From contig CAJWHS010000004.1 in the NCBI GenBank assembly GCA_913041415.1, positions 4,417-68,416 on the forward strand: DNA of 64,000 bases, written 5' to 3'. This document shows positions 8,053-17,605 of this stretch, in pieces (position 1 is the stretch's first letter; each line of letters starts with the position of its first letter). The position numbers and the translations under genes are program-made. This stretch comes from an uncultured Acidimicrobiaceae bacterium (GTDB lineage Bacteria; Actinomycetota; Acidimicrobiia; Acidimicrobiales; Aldehydirespiratoraceae). The notes under the pieces were generated by a model. That model saw only the letters and a list, made by a program, of their open reading frames with translations, was not told the origin of the DNA and did no database searches.

Positions 8053-9339
8053 TCAAACACAGCGATCGATTCGGAGCAGATCGCCGATGATCTTCCCGTC
8101 GGCGGCGGCCTCGGCGACCCACCCAGCGATCCCTTCATCGAGTTCGTCGAGATCGCGCGGGGTGTCCATAACGATGTCCCATCGCAGACACTCGCGACCG
8201 CCGGGATCGCGATAGACGGAGAGTGCGTCGCCGCCCCAGCCCGACGCCGTGTCGGGTGTGCCACCGACCGCGAACGTGATCGCTTCGATCAGCGCCTGGC
8301 CACCGCTCCCCTGCCACAGAACCTCGCCGTCGACATCGGGAAACGACACGTCGATGATCGCGGGATCGACGGTCCCCGGTAACTCGATCACCGCCTCGCT
8401 GCTGACAGCCGGATTCGCGACAGCATCGTCGACTGCGGAGATCCCCTCTTCGGCGATACGCCCGTTGAGCCAGGTGTTGCCGTAGTCGTAGACGGCGGTC
8501 TGGTACAGCAGAAAGCCGAAATCGAGCGAGAAGATGTCACCGACTTCGAAGACGGCTTCCTCCGCAGCGAGTTCGGCCTGATCAGCAGCGGAGAGTGAGT
8601 CGCGCCAGAGATCCTCGATCACGGTGGCGCTGCCCTCGACTGCGGCAGTGAACGCCCAGGCGGCGTCGCCGTCGGTACTGAGTTCGGGCCGGTCGAGACC
8701 GAAGTGCTGATCGTCGAAGGCATGGACGAGTTCATGGACGACCGTGGCCTTGGCCAACAGCGTGAGTTCGCCATTCGAGCGGACGAGCAGACGGTCAGAG
8801 GAGGGGAAGTACACGCCGAGCACGCCACCGGAAACGAACACCTCGTACACGTCGAGAAACCCGTCGTCTGGGCCGAAGAAGCCGACCGACCGGGCAAAAG
8901 CAAGACTCGCCGCTGACCCCTCGGGATCGGCGGCCAACTCGGACTCGAGATCGTCGAGCACGATGCGGGTCATCGTGTCGACGTCGACCAGTTCGACATC
9001 CGGGCGGTCAAGAAAGTTGCGCCGTCGGGTCTCCTCGATGAACGCAATCGCTTCGTCGACAAACGCGTCAAGATCGGTCTGCTCATCAGTGGAGGTCTCC
9101 GATGCTCCTGCCTCGACCGAATCGGCAGCTTCGTCGAGGCCCAGGGCCGTCGGGGTTGTGGTCGCGGGCAGTTCAGCGGCCTCGTCGTCATCGAGCAGGC
9201 TGACGACCGCCTGCACGGCGAACGCAAGCACGACCGCCGCGGCGGCGACGAGAACACCGCGCAGGAACCAGAGCGAGAAAGGGCTGACCTCCGCTTCAGC
9301 GGCGGCGGGTTCTGCGCCGGAGTTCGGCCGTTCACTCAC
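8053..9339 (-). CDS. membrane-anchored HExxH metallopeptidase-like protein, function unknown
   Basis: N-terminal TM helix (FSLWFLRGVLVAAAAVVLAFAV), acidic linker and HELVHAFDDQH motif. GTG start overlaps the iclR stop (GTGA). Confidence 0.6.
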   Translation of the reverse strand: MSERPNSGAEPAAAEAEVSPFSLWFLRGVLVAAAAVVLAFAVQAVVSLLDDDEAAELPATTTPTALGLDEAADSVEAGASETSTDEQTDLDAFVDEAIAFIEETRRRNFLDRPDVELVDVDTMTRIVLDDLESELAADPEGSAASLAFARSVGFFGPDDGFLDVYEVFVSGGVLGVYFPSSDRLLVRSNGELTLLAKATVVHELVHAFDDQHFGLDRPELSTDGDAAWAFTAAVEGSATVIEDLWRDSLSAADQAELAAEEAVFEVGDIFSLDFGFLLYQTAVYDYGNTWLNGRIAEEGISAVDDAVANPAVSSEAVIELPGTVDPAIIDVSFPDVDGEVLWQGSGGQALIEAITFAVGGTPDTASGWGGDALSVYRDPGGRECLRWDIVMDTPRDLDELDEGIAGWVAEAAADGKIIGDLLRIDRCV

Positions 9340-9986
9340 CGCAAACCTGCCTCCTGGGCAACCCGACGGGCCGCCTCGACGACCGCCGGACCAAACGCCG
9401 ACCCAGGGTCTCGAGTGAGCCGCTCGATGGGCCCGCTCACGGAGACCGCTGCGACTACCGTCCCGTGGCGGTCGTGCACCGGTGCACTCACCGAAGCAAC
9501 ACCCGCCTCACGTTCTTCGACTGTGGCGACCCACGTCCCATCGTCGGTGCCGAGCAGGACCCGGCCACCCGAGCCCTGATCGAGCGGCAGGATTGCGCCG
9601 GCGGCAACAATCGTGCGCAATCCGTGGGGCGACTGCAGGGAGGCGAGACAGACGCGAGCGTCACCTTGCCGCACGAAAAGCTGCGCGGATTCACCGGTGG
9701 TGTCACGGAGTGCCGAGAGGGCGGGGCGAGCCGCCTCAGCGAGCGGCCACCCAGCGGCAGCGGTCTCACCGAGCGTGATCAGACGGGGGCCGAGCGCGAA
9801 CCGGGCGTCGTGATTTCGGCGCAGCAGGCCGTGGACTTCGAGGGCCGAGGCGAGACGGTGGGCGGTCGCCCGACTCAGGCCGGTGCGCTCGACGAGTTCG
9901 TTGAGCGACGCACCGCCGTTCTCGACCGCACCGAGGACCAAGGCCGCTTTGTCGATGACGCCAACACCGCTTACACTGAATTCCAC
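9336..9986 (-). CDS. IclR-family transcriptional regulator, divergent from leuCD (LtbR-like position)
   Basis: HTH region LNELVERTGLSRATAHRLASALEVHGLL plus an IclR effector domain. Start uncertain. GTG 9986 is preferred because TACGTT lies 7 nt upstream; GTG 10007 is an alternative. Confidence 0.8.
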   Translation of the reverse strand: MEFSVSGVGVIDKAALVLGAVENGGASLNELVERTGLSRATAHRLASALEVHGLLRRNHDARFALGPRLITLGETAAAGWPLAEAARPALSALRDTTGESAQLFVRQGDARVCLASLQSPHGLRTIVAAGAILPLDQGSGGRVLLGTDDGTWVATVEEREAGVASVSAPVHDRHGTVVAAVSVSGPIERLTRDPGSAFGPAVVEAARRVAQEAGLR

Positions 9987-10001
9987 ATTGCAAAACGTAC
10001 T

Positions 10002-10016
10002 TCTCACAATGTGAGA
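10002..10016. promoter_or_regulatory. candidate operator: perfect inverted repeat TCTCAC-AAT-GTGAGA between iclR and leuC
   Basis: Read directly. It lies just upstream of the iclR -10 (9994-9999, minus strand) and about 20 nt before the leuC ATG. Confidence 0.45.
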
Positions 10017-10035
10017 TGCCAACTTGGTGATCACT

Positions 10036-11445
10036 ATGTCGCAACCCCGCACCCTGAGCCAGAAGATCTGGGACCACCACGTCGTCACACCCGGCGTGGG
10101 CGGCGCCCCCGACCTGCTCTACATCGACCTCCACCTCATCCATGAGGTCACCTCGCCGCAGGCCTTCGACGGTCTTCGCCAAAATGGTCGACCGGTCCGC
10201 CGCCCCGATCTCACCGTGGCCACCGAAGACCACAACACACCGACGGAGGATCAGGACAAGCCGATCGCCGATGAGATCAGTGCCTCACAGATCGAGACGC
10301 TCCGCGTCAACACGCAAGAATTCGGCATCGTCCACTACCCGATGGGCCACGAGAACAACGGGATCGTGCACGTCATGGGTCCCGAGCAGGGCCTCACGCA
10401 GCCGGGCATGACCATCGTGTGCGGCGACTCTCACACAGCCACCCACGGCGCCTTCGGATCAATCGCCTTCGGCATCGGTACCAGCGAGGTCGAGCACGTG
10501 CTCGCCACCCAGACGCTGCCCCAGGCCCGACCCGGCACGATGGCGATCACCGTCAACGGCGAACTGCAGGCAGGGGCCACCCCGAAGGACGTGATCCTCC
10601 ACGTCATCGGCGTGATCGGCACCGGCGGCGGCATCGGCAAGATCATCGAGTACCGCGGCGACGTATTCGAGAACATGTCGATGGAAGGCCGCATGACGGT
10701 CTGCAACATGTCGATCGAAGGTGGTGCCAAAGCCGGCCTCATCGCCCCGGACGAGACCACCTTCGAGTACGTGGCGGGCCGCCCCAACTCGCCCGTTGGC
10801 GCCGAACTCGAGGCCGCCATCCAGGACTGGAAAACGCTCACCACCGACGAAGGCGCCGTCTTCGACGAAGAGGTGATCATCGATGCGGCCGACATCGCGC
10901 CTCAAGTCAGCTGGGGAACCAACCCGGCCCAGGTCATGCCGATCGACGGCGTCATTCCCGGCCCCGACGACTTCGACGACCCGAACCTCGCCAACACCGC
11001 CGCTCGTGCCCTCGAGTACATGGATTTCGAGGCCGGCACCCCGATCAAGGACATCAAGGTCGATACCGTCTTCATCGGCAGCTGCACGAACAGCCGCATC
11101 GAGGATCTGCGAGCGGCGGCCGCCGTCGCCAAGGGCCGCAAGGTCGCCGACGGCATGCGCACCCTCGTCGTGCCGGGCTCCGGCCTAGTCAAGCAGCAGG
11201 CCGAGGCCGAGGGCCTGCCGGAGACCTTCCGCGAAGCCGGCTTTGACTGGCGGGAGCCGGGGTGCTCGATGTGCCTCGCCATGAATCCCGACAAGCTCCA
11301 GCCGGGCGAGCGTTGCGCCAGCACCAGCAACCGCAACTTCGAGGGACGTCAGGGCCGAGGAGGCCGCACCCACCTCGTCTCCCCCGCCATCGCCGCCGCC
11401 ACCGCCATCGCCGGGCACTTCGCGTCACCCGACGATTTGGCCTGA
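10036..11445 (+). CDS. leuC: 3-isopropylmalate dehydratase large subunit
   Basis: [17 protein letters not shown]..., GDSHT and [12 protein letters not shown] aconitase-family motifs. Confidence 0.95.
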   Translation: MSQPRTLSQKIWDHHVVTPGVGGAPDLLYIDLHLIHEVTSPQAFDGLRQNGRPVRRPDLTVATEDHNTPTEDQDKPIADEISASQIETLRVNTQEFGIVHYPMGHENNGIVHVMGPEQGLTQPGMTIVCGDSHTATHGAFGSIAFGIGTSEVEHVLATQTLPQARPGTMAITVNGELQAGATPKDVILHVIGVIGTGGGIGKIIEYRGDVFENMSMEGRMTVCNMSIEGGAKAGLIAPDETTFEYVAGRPNSPVGAELEAAIQDWKTLTTDEGAVFDEEVIIDAADIAPQVSWGTNPAQVMPIDGVIPGPDDFDDPNLANTAARALEYMDFEAGTPIKDIKVDTVFIGSCTNSRIEDLRAAAAVAKGRKVADGMRTLVVPGSGLVKQQAEAEGLPETFREAGFDWREPGCSMCLAMNPDKLQPGERCASTSNRNFEGRQGRGGRTHLVSPAIAAATAIAGHFASPDDLA

Positions 11446-11489
11446 GCACAAGAACACGACAACGAACGCACCATGCCCGGAGCACCAAA

Positions 11490-12083
11490 ATGAAGGCCGT
11501 CCGCATCGTCCAAGGCACCGCCGTGCCCCTCGACCGCACCGACGTCGACACCGATCAGATCATCCCGTCCGACTGGCTCAAGCGCGTCGAGCGCACCGGT
11601 TTCGAGAAGGGTCTCTTCTCGGAGTGGCGCGACGACCGAGACTTCGTGCTCAATCAAGAGCAGTACTCCGGCGCCAACATCCTCATCGGGGGCCTGAACT
11701 TTGGGACCGGTTCGAGCCGTGAACATGCCGTGTGGGCGATTCAGCAGTACGGCTTCGATGCCGTCATCTCACCGCGGTTCGCCGACATTTTCCGCAACAA
11801 CTGCACCAAGAACGGTCTCGTACCAGTGTCGGTTTCCGACGAGGTCAATGAACAGTTGATGCGAGCTGTGGAGGTCGACCCGACACTGGAGATCACGATC
11901 GACGTTGAGCGGCTCACCGTCGAGGCGCCGGCCATCGGGCTGGAGACGACATTCCCGCTGAGCGAGGCGATCCAAGAACGCTTCCTCGAAGGGCTCGATG
12001 ACATCGGACTCACCATGCGGTTAGCCACCGACATCGACGAGTACGAGACCACCCGCAAGCCCTGGATGCCCGCTCAGGCCTGA
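11490..12083 (+). CDS. leuD: 3-isopropylmalate dehydratase small subunit
   Basis: MKAVRIVQGTAVPLDRTDVDTDQIIPSDWLK...GLNFGTGSSREHAVWA. I trimmed the 273-aa ORF to the internal ATG. Confidence 0.95.
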   Translation: MKAVRIVQGTAVPLDRTDVDTDQIIPSDWLKRVERTGFEKGLFSEWRDDRDFVLNQEQYSGANILIGGLNFGTGSSREHAVWAIQQYGFDAVISPRFADIFRNNCTKNGLVPVSVSDEVNEQLMRAVEVDPTLEITIDVERLTVEAPAIGLETTFPLSEAIQERFLEGLDDIGLTMRLATDIDEYETTRKPWMPAQA

Positions 12084-12109
12084 GACCTCTCAGCCGGCCA
12101 GCAACGTGG

Positions 12110-12933
12110 TCAGATGAAGCTCTTCGCCGGTCGAATCACGAGTTCCTCGATGTTGAGGTGAATCGGCTGCGTGATCACGAACTCGACCGTTCGAGCAATC
12201 TCCTCAACATCACCGAAGGTCGTCGACATGTTTGTCGCGAGCTGAGCGAGCATCTCGCGAGATACCCGACCTTCGTCGTCGCGCTCAACGTTCTCGACAC
12301 CGGCCATGCCCGCAATCGTGCCCATCATGTCGTCGCCGACGTTGCGGAGGAAGTTAGTGGCGAAGACGCCAGGCATGATCGACGTGACACGGATCGTGTC
12401 GTCCTCGAGTTCACTTCGCAGGCTTCCGTTGATGCAGTCGACCGCGTGCTTGGTGGCGCCGTACATCCCGGAATCGCGCCGAATCGCCGCAACCGAACTG
12501 ATGTTGATGATGTTGCCCTGCGACTCGGTGGCCCGCATCGCAGCGACCGCGACCTGGCTACCCACGGCGAGGCGAGGACGTTGACGTCGAGCATGACCTT
12601 TCAAACGCCGGGATCGCCCCCGACGAACGATGTGCCGAAATCACGGAAGCCGGCGTTGTTGATCATCACGTCGAGACGACCCGTCTCGACGGCCGCCCGC
12701 TGGATCCAGGCCTGCAAGGCAGCAGCGTCGGTGACATCGAAGATCGCCAGGTCGGCCTTGCCGCCCACTCCCTCGACACATGCCTCAGATTCCTCCATGG
12801 GCGCAGCGTTGCGGCCCATCAGATAGACGGTCGCGCCAAGCGCTCCAAGGTGCTCGACGATCGCGCAGCCCATACCGCTCGACGATCCAGTGATGCAGAC
12901 GGTGCGACCGTGAACGGACAAGCGATCGGACAT
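12110..12933 (-). pseudogene. short-chain dehydrogenase/reductase (SDR) disrupted by an in-frame TGA and a 1-nt frameshift
   Basis: The N-terminal part has TGSSSGMG and NNAG, and the C-terminal part has NISS and YGATKHAV. The first frame reads GGDPGV-TGA(12601-12603)-KVMLDVNVL, with the stop where SDRs usually have Trp. The frame then shifts at about 12560-12578 into ...VGSQVAVAAMRATESQGNIINISS. Confidence 0.7.
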
Positions 12934-13152
12934 CGAACACTCTTTGACACTTACTACGCTAATGGTCAGAGGAGCTTGACATTTAAGCACCGAAGCATCA
13001 ACGGCGTCACCCCGGCGCTCCCCCAGTGGCCAAAGCGCTGATGCCCTGCACGCTCGCATGGGCGGAATCTGAAAAAATGTCACCATTCAGGAACCAGCCC
13101 GCCGATCGGTGCGTCAAAACATCACCAACACCCCTGCGAACCGGAGACGATC

Positions 13153-15489
13153 GTGCGCAGACTTCTGTTTCTCTTCCTCAGCTGCACCCTGCTGGCCACC
13201 GCCTGCAGCGACGACAGCGCCTCAAACGCTGGCGACACCGACCCAGATGCGCCAGTCCAGCGAAACGACGGTGAGGTCGTTCTCGACATCGACGGCGACA
13301 AGGTCGTCTTGACCTCCGGCCTCTCCGGCTTCACCGACTGCGACACCCTGCTCACGCACCTTCGCACCGAGGCGGCCGAGCGGGTCGGCCCGTACGGCTT
13401 CGATTCCGGTGGATGGTCCGGCGGACCAAGCTGGGGTCGCAGCATCGGGGCGCCGTTCGGCGACGACATGGCCGCCGACACGACCGACTTCGCCACCGCC
13501 GAGGAGAGCGCCGGGAGCGTCGCGTTCGACAGCGACGCCTCGGCCGGCCCGACCGAGGGCGTCGACTTCTCCGGCACCAACGTGCAAGAACTCGGTGTCG
13601 ACGAGGCCGACATCGTCAAGACCGACGGCGAACGGGTCTATGTGCTCGCCGCCAAGCAGCTCACCGTGATCGACGCCGAGACCCGCACCGAGCTCTCCTC
13701 GATCGAACTCCCGCAGGCGTACCAGGCCGAAATGTTCCTGACCGGTGACGAGATTCTCGTCATCGGTTCCACCTGGCTCGATCGCGGCTTCGCCACTGAG
13801 GCGGACGAAGACATGGACATCGAGGAGTCCTGGTACGGCACGAGCATCGTTCGCCTAACCCGCATCTCCGTGGCCGGCGCCGACGCCGAGTTGATCGAGT
13901 CGATCGTCATCGAAGGCGACTATGTGTCGGCCCGCTCAGTCGACGGCGTCGCCCGGATCGTGATCCGCAGCAACCCGCAGCAGAACTTCCCCTTCGTGTT
14001 CCCGGCCGGCCCGGCCGGTGAGGACATCGCCACCGAGGCCAACCGGGCCGCTGTGCGCAACTCCGACCTCGACACCTGGCTCCCTGCATGGGGCACCGTC
14101 GACGACTCGGGCGACATCATGAGCCGGGGCATCTTCCCCGACTGCTCGTCGGTGCACGCACCCACCGAGTTCGCCGGCTTCGGTGTGCTCTCGGTCGTGA
14201 GTGTCCCGGTCACCGGCGAGCTCAATGCCACCGAGACGACCAGTGTCCTCGCCCCCGGCAACATCGTCTACGCCTCGACCGACTCGGTCTTCGTCGCCAC
14301 CCAGACGTGGCCCGACATCGCCACCCTCGAAGACGACGCGGACGCGTGGGAGAAGGCCTGGGATGCCCGCCACACCTCGATCCATCGCTTCGCTCTGAGT
14401 GACACCGGCGCCGCCTACACCGCCTCGGGTTCGGTGCCTGGCGATCTGCGCAACCAGTTCTCGCTCAGCGAGCACGAGGGCCACCTCCGGGTCGTCACCA
14501 CGAGTGGCGACACCTGGGATGAGAGCTCCGAGTCATTTGTCCGGGTTCTCCGCGAGACCGACGGCGGACTGGTCGAGGTCGGCAGCGTCGGTGACATGGG
14601 CAACGGCGAGGCGGTCCAGTCGGTCCGCTTCGTCGGCGACGTCGGCTATGTCGTCACCTTCCGCCAAATCGACCCCTTCTACACCCTCGATCTCCGAGAT
14701 CCCGAGAACCCGCGCGTCGTCGGCGAACTCAAGATTCCCGGCTTCTCCAGCTACCTCCACCCGATCGGTGACGGCCGGGTGCTCGGGGTCGGTTCCGATG
14801 CTGATCTTGACGGGCGGGTCACCGGTTCGAAGGTCTCGGTCTTCGACGTGAGCGACCCCGCCGATCCCCAGGAAGTCACCGTCTGGTCCGCCCCGGGTGG
14901 CTGGAACGACATCGGGTGGGAGCACCGCAGCTTCCTGTGGTGGGGTCCCGAGCAGCTCGCCGTAATTCCAGTCAATTTCTGGAACAACGGCGAGAACTGG
15001 GCCGGCGCCGTCGTGTTGAAGGTCGACGGCACTACCATCGAAGAAGTCGGCCGTATCGATCACATCGACGAAGACGACGACCGTGGCCGCACGGAATGCG
15101 ATGTGCTCACCTCCGATGACCTGCCTTCGAACGGCGACGAAGCCTCGTTCGAGACCGAACTCGAGTGGATCCTCACCGACGACTTCCGCATCATTCTCTG
15201 CGAGCCGGGCAAGCCCCTCTCCGTCTCGGGCTTCCAGTGCGACGGGGAGCCCTGGATGCTTGACGAGGCCGAGCGGATCGGCATCGCCATTCCCGACGAC
15301 GCAACCCTCGGTTACTGCTGGCACGACGGCAACCTGGCTCCGGTCATCAGCCGCACGATGGTGATCGACGGAGACGAACTCTGGTCCCTGAGCTCCGAAT
15401 GGGGCTGGAACTCCCCCGAGGCACCGGCAACGCTCCAGGTCAACACCCTCGGTGCGTTCGAGCGCATCGGCCAAGTCCAGATCAGCTGA
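13153..15489 (+). CDS. secreted beta-propeller domain lipoprotein (Beta_propel-like family), function unknown
   Basis: Lipobox LLATAC. VQSVRFVGDVGYVVTFRQIDPFYTLDLRDPENPRVVGELKIPGFSSYLHPIGDGRVLGVG is as I remember the bacterial/archaeal beta-propeller family. GGAGA SD before the GTG. Confidence 0.7.
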   Translation: MRRLLFLFLSCTLLATACSDDSASNAGDTDPDAPVQRNDGEVVLDIDGDKVVLTSGLSGFTDCDTLLTHLRTEAAERVGPYGFDSGGWSGGPSWGRSIGAPFGDDMAADTTDFATAEESAGSVAFDSDASAGPTEGVDFSGTNVQELGVDEADIVKTDGERVYVLAAKQLTVIDAETRTELSSIELPQAYQAEMFLTGDEILVIGSTWLDRGFATEADEDMDIEESWYGTSIVRLTRISVAGADAELIESIVIEGDYVSARSVDGVARIVIRSNPQQNFPFVFPAGPAGEDIATEANRAAVRNSDLDTWLPAWGTVDDSGDIMSRGIFPDCSSVHAPTEFAGFGVLSVVSVPVTGELNATETTSVLAPGNIVYASTDSVFVATQTWPDIATLEDDADAWEKAWDARHTSIHRFALSDTGAAYTASGSVPGDLRNQFSLSEHEGHLRVVTTSGDTWDESSESFVRVLRETDGGLVEVGSVGDMGNGEAVQSVRFVGDVGYVVTFRQIDPFYTLDLRDPENPRVVGELKIPGFSSYLHPIGDGRVLGVGSDADLDGRVTGSKVSVFDVSDPADPQEVTVWSAPGGWNDIGWEHRSFLWWGPEQLAVIPVNFWNNGENWAGAVVLKVDGTTIEEVGRIDHIDEDDDRGRTECDVLTSDDLPSNGDEASFETELEWILTDDFRIILCEPGKPLSVSGFQCDGEPWMLDEAERIGIAIPDDATLGYCWHDGNLAPVISRTMVIDGDELWSLSSEWGWNSPEAPATLQVNTLGAFERIGQVQIS

Positions 15490-15517
15490 CTCCACCGGGA
15501 CGAACGCTGCGCTTCCT

Positions 15518-15548
15518 CGAGGTCAGGTCGGCTGCCGACCCGACCTCG
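15518..15548 (+). terminator. strong GC hairpin downstream of the beta-propeller gene (I-shaped terminator candidate, no U-tract)
   Basis: CGAGGUC-a-GGUCGG-cug-CCGACC-c-GACCUCG, 13 bp with one internal mismatch, 30 nt after the stop and just before the next -10. Confidence 0.4.
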
Positions 15549-15563
15549 GCTACCGTCGAGGCC

Positions 15564-15953
15564 ATGCCGGGATCCCTTCTACGCATCACCCGCCTCGCCG
15601 CACTCGGCGCGCTCGCCTCGCTGATCGTCGGTCTCGTTCGCTCAGCGCGTCGCCAGCCGGCGCCCCCAACGACGGGTGTGGCCAGCTGGGAACCACTCGT
15701 CGAGGAGGCGCCGATCCCGTCTCGGTCGGGCCCGGTGCAGTTCGCTACGACCGGGACCTCCACCGGGCATCCTGGCTGGGTCGAGCCCGATGCCGATGGC
15801 GGCTGTCCCGGTTCACACTCGGTCAAGGGCAACACGCAGAGCAAAATCTTCCACGTCCCCGGTGGCATGTCGTACGAGCGCACCAACGCAGAGCGTTGCT
15901 ACTGCGACGAGGCAGCGGCCGAAGCTGACGGCTACCGCAAGGCGAAGCGCTAG
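15564..15953 (+). CDS. membrane-anchored sunset-domain protein
   Basis: N-terminal TM segment (ITRLAALGALASLIVGLV). C-terminus VKGNTQSKIFHVPGGMSYERTNAERCYCDEAAAEADGYRKAKR. TACCGT lies 7 nt upstream of ATG 15564. Confidence 0.65.
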   Translation: MPGSLLRITRLAALGALASLIVGLVRSARRQPAPPTTGVASWEPLVEEAPIPSRSGPVQFATTGTSTGHPGWVEPDADGGCPGSHSVKGNTQSKIFHVPGGMSYERTNAERCYCDEAAAEADGYRKAKR

Positions 15954-17521
15954 CCGAGACGGATGGCGCGGACGCTCTGGACGCCGTCGACGGCTCGGAT
16001 CGCCTGCTGCACATTGTTGGGTACGAGGCCATCGGTCGAGATGACCATCATCGCCGCGACCCCGTCGGCGTCTTCACCGATGTACATGTTGGAGATGTTG
16101 ACACCGGCGTCGCCGAGCATCGTGCCGACGATGCCAACCATGCCGGGGATGTCGTGGTTGCGCACGATCAACATATCGTCAGAGGGGCGAATGTCGAGCC
16201 GGTGACCATCGACCTCGTTGAGTCGGGGGCTGCCGTCGATCGGTGAGAGCGAGCCGGCGAGCGAGTGGACATCACCGGTAACCCGGATCAGGTTGCTGCG
16301 GCCCTTCTCACCTGGCGTAGTGATCACTCGGACGTCGAGGCTGCGCTGTTCTGCGAGGTGGCCGGCGTTGACGTAACTGACGGGATCGCCGCCGATGTTG
16401 CCGAGCAGCCCCTTGAGAAACGAGAGCTTGGCCAGCGACGGATCCGACTCACCGATCTCACCCTGAAGTTCGAGGTCGATCGTCGCCGGCAGACCCTCTA
16501 CGAGGCCGGCGAACATCGAGCCGAGTTGCTCGCATAACGGCAGGTGCTCCCGAAGCGCACCGCTGGCGGCGCCGGCTTCGACGTTGACAGCGAAGGGAAC
16601 GAAGTCGCCAGCGAGGGCCTTGATGACCTGCTCCGCGATCGTCTCACCGGCCCGATCCTGGGCTTCGCGGGTCGAGGCACCAAGGTGAGGGGTCGTGATG
16701 ATGCCGGGTACACCGATGAGGGGGGACTCGGTGGTGGGTTCGTCTTCGAACACGTCGATGGCAGCACCAGCGATCCGGCCGGAGGCGACCGACTCGGCGA
16801 GCGCGACTTCGTCGATGATGCCGCCGCGAGCGACGTTGACGATCCGGAGATGTGGCTTGGCGAGTCCGAGACGGTCCTTGTTGATCAGCCCGATGGTGTC
16901 TCGTGTCTTCGCAACGTGGAGGGTGAGGAAGTCGGCTCTCGCCATGAGGTCGTCGAGTTCGGCGAACTCGACGTCGAGGTGTTTCGCTACTTCGGCCGGG
17001 ACGAACGGATCGTGCGCAACGATCTTCATGCCGAACGCAGCGGCGCGATGGGCGACGAGACGACCGATGCGACCGAAGCCGACCACACCGAGAGTCTTGT
17101 CTTCGAGTTCGACGCCTTCCCACTTCGAGCGTTCCCAACGGCCGTCGACCAGGGCGCTGTGCGCCTGCGGCACGTTGCGGGCCTGCGCCAGCAGGAGTGC
17201 CATCGTGTGCTCTGCGGCTGAGGTGATGTTCGACTCGGGGGCATTGACCACCATGACGCCGTTGGCGGTGGCGGCGACCGTGTCGACGTTGTCGAGGCCG
17301 ACTCCGGCGCGGCCGACGACAGCCAGCGATGGCCCTGCCGCAGCGATCAGCTCGGCATCGACCTGTGTGGCAGAGCGCACAATGAGGCCCGATGCTCCGG
17401 CGATGGCCTCCCGCAGTTCCTCAGGCGAGAGTCCGGTACGGACATCCACCTCGTGGCCGGCCACCCGCAGGGCGTCCAGCCCGGGATCGGCGATTTTTTC
17501 AGCGACAAGTACGCGATGCAC
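15950..17521 (-). CDS. serA: D-3-phosphoglycerate dehydrogenase (long form with ACT domain)
   Basis: GVVGFGRIGR NAD-binding motif, RGGIIDE, and C-terminal ASB/ACT-like region. GTG start. Confidence 0.9.
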   Translation of the reverse strand: MHRVLVAEKIADPGLDALRVAGHEVDVRTGLSPEELREAIAGASGLIVRSATQVDAELIAAAGPSLAVVGRAGVGLDNVDTVAATANGVMVVNAPESNITSAAEHTMALLLAQARNVPQAHSALVDGRWERSKWEGVELEDKTLGVVGFGRIGRLVAHRAAAFGMKIVAHDPFVPAEVAKHLDVEFAELDDLMARADFLTLHVAKTRDTIGLINKDRLGLAKPHLRIVNVARGGIIDEVALAESVASGRIAGAAIDVFEDEPTTESPLIGVPGIITTPHLGASTREAQDRAGETIAEQVIKALAGDFVPFAVNVEAGAASGALREHLPLCEQLGSMFAGLVEGLPATIDLELQGEIGESDPSLAKLSFLKGLLGNIGGDPVSYVNAGHLAEQRSLDVRVITTPGEKGRSNLIRVTGDVHSLAGSLSPIDGSPRLNEVDGHRLDIRPSDDMLIVRNHDIPGMVGIVGTMLGDAGVNISNMYIGEDADGVAAMMVISTDGLVPNNVQQAIRAVDGVQSVRAIRLG

Positions 17522-17605
17522 CCATTCATCTTGGCGGTTGGCCGTCAGCCAGCCTCCAGATTTCGTGTGAACGCTCTGTGACGCCTTCAGCCAGGGCTTG
17601 ACGAG

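Noticed and set aside
12601-12603. In-frame TGA in the SDR gene as possible selenocysteine or Trp recoding
   Set aside because: No SECIS-like hairpin follows it. TGA is used as an ordinary stop by many genes in the window. A separate frameshift lies 30 nt downstream. A pseudogene or a sequencing error is the simpler explanation.
12934-13152. Relatively AT-rich 219-nt intergenic region as a possible small RNA gene
   Set aside because: It has no terminator-like hairpin with a U-tract and no conserved-looking structure that I could fold by eye. It is a divergent promoter region for the SDR pseudogene and the beta-propeller gene, which explains the TTGACA-like elements.
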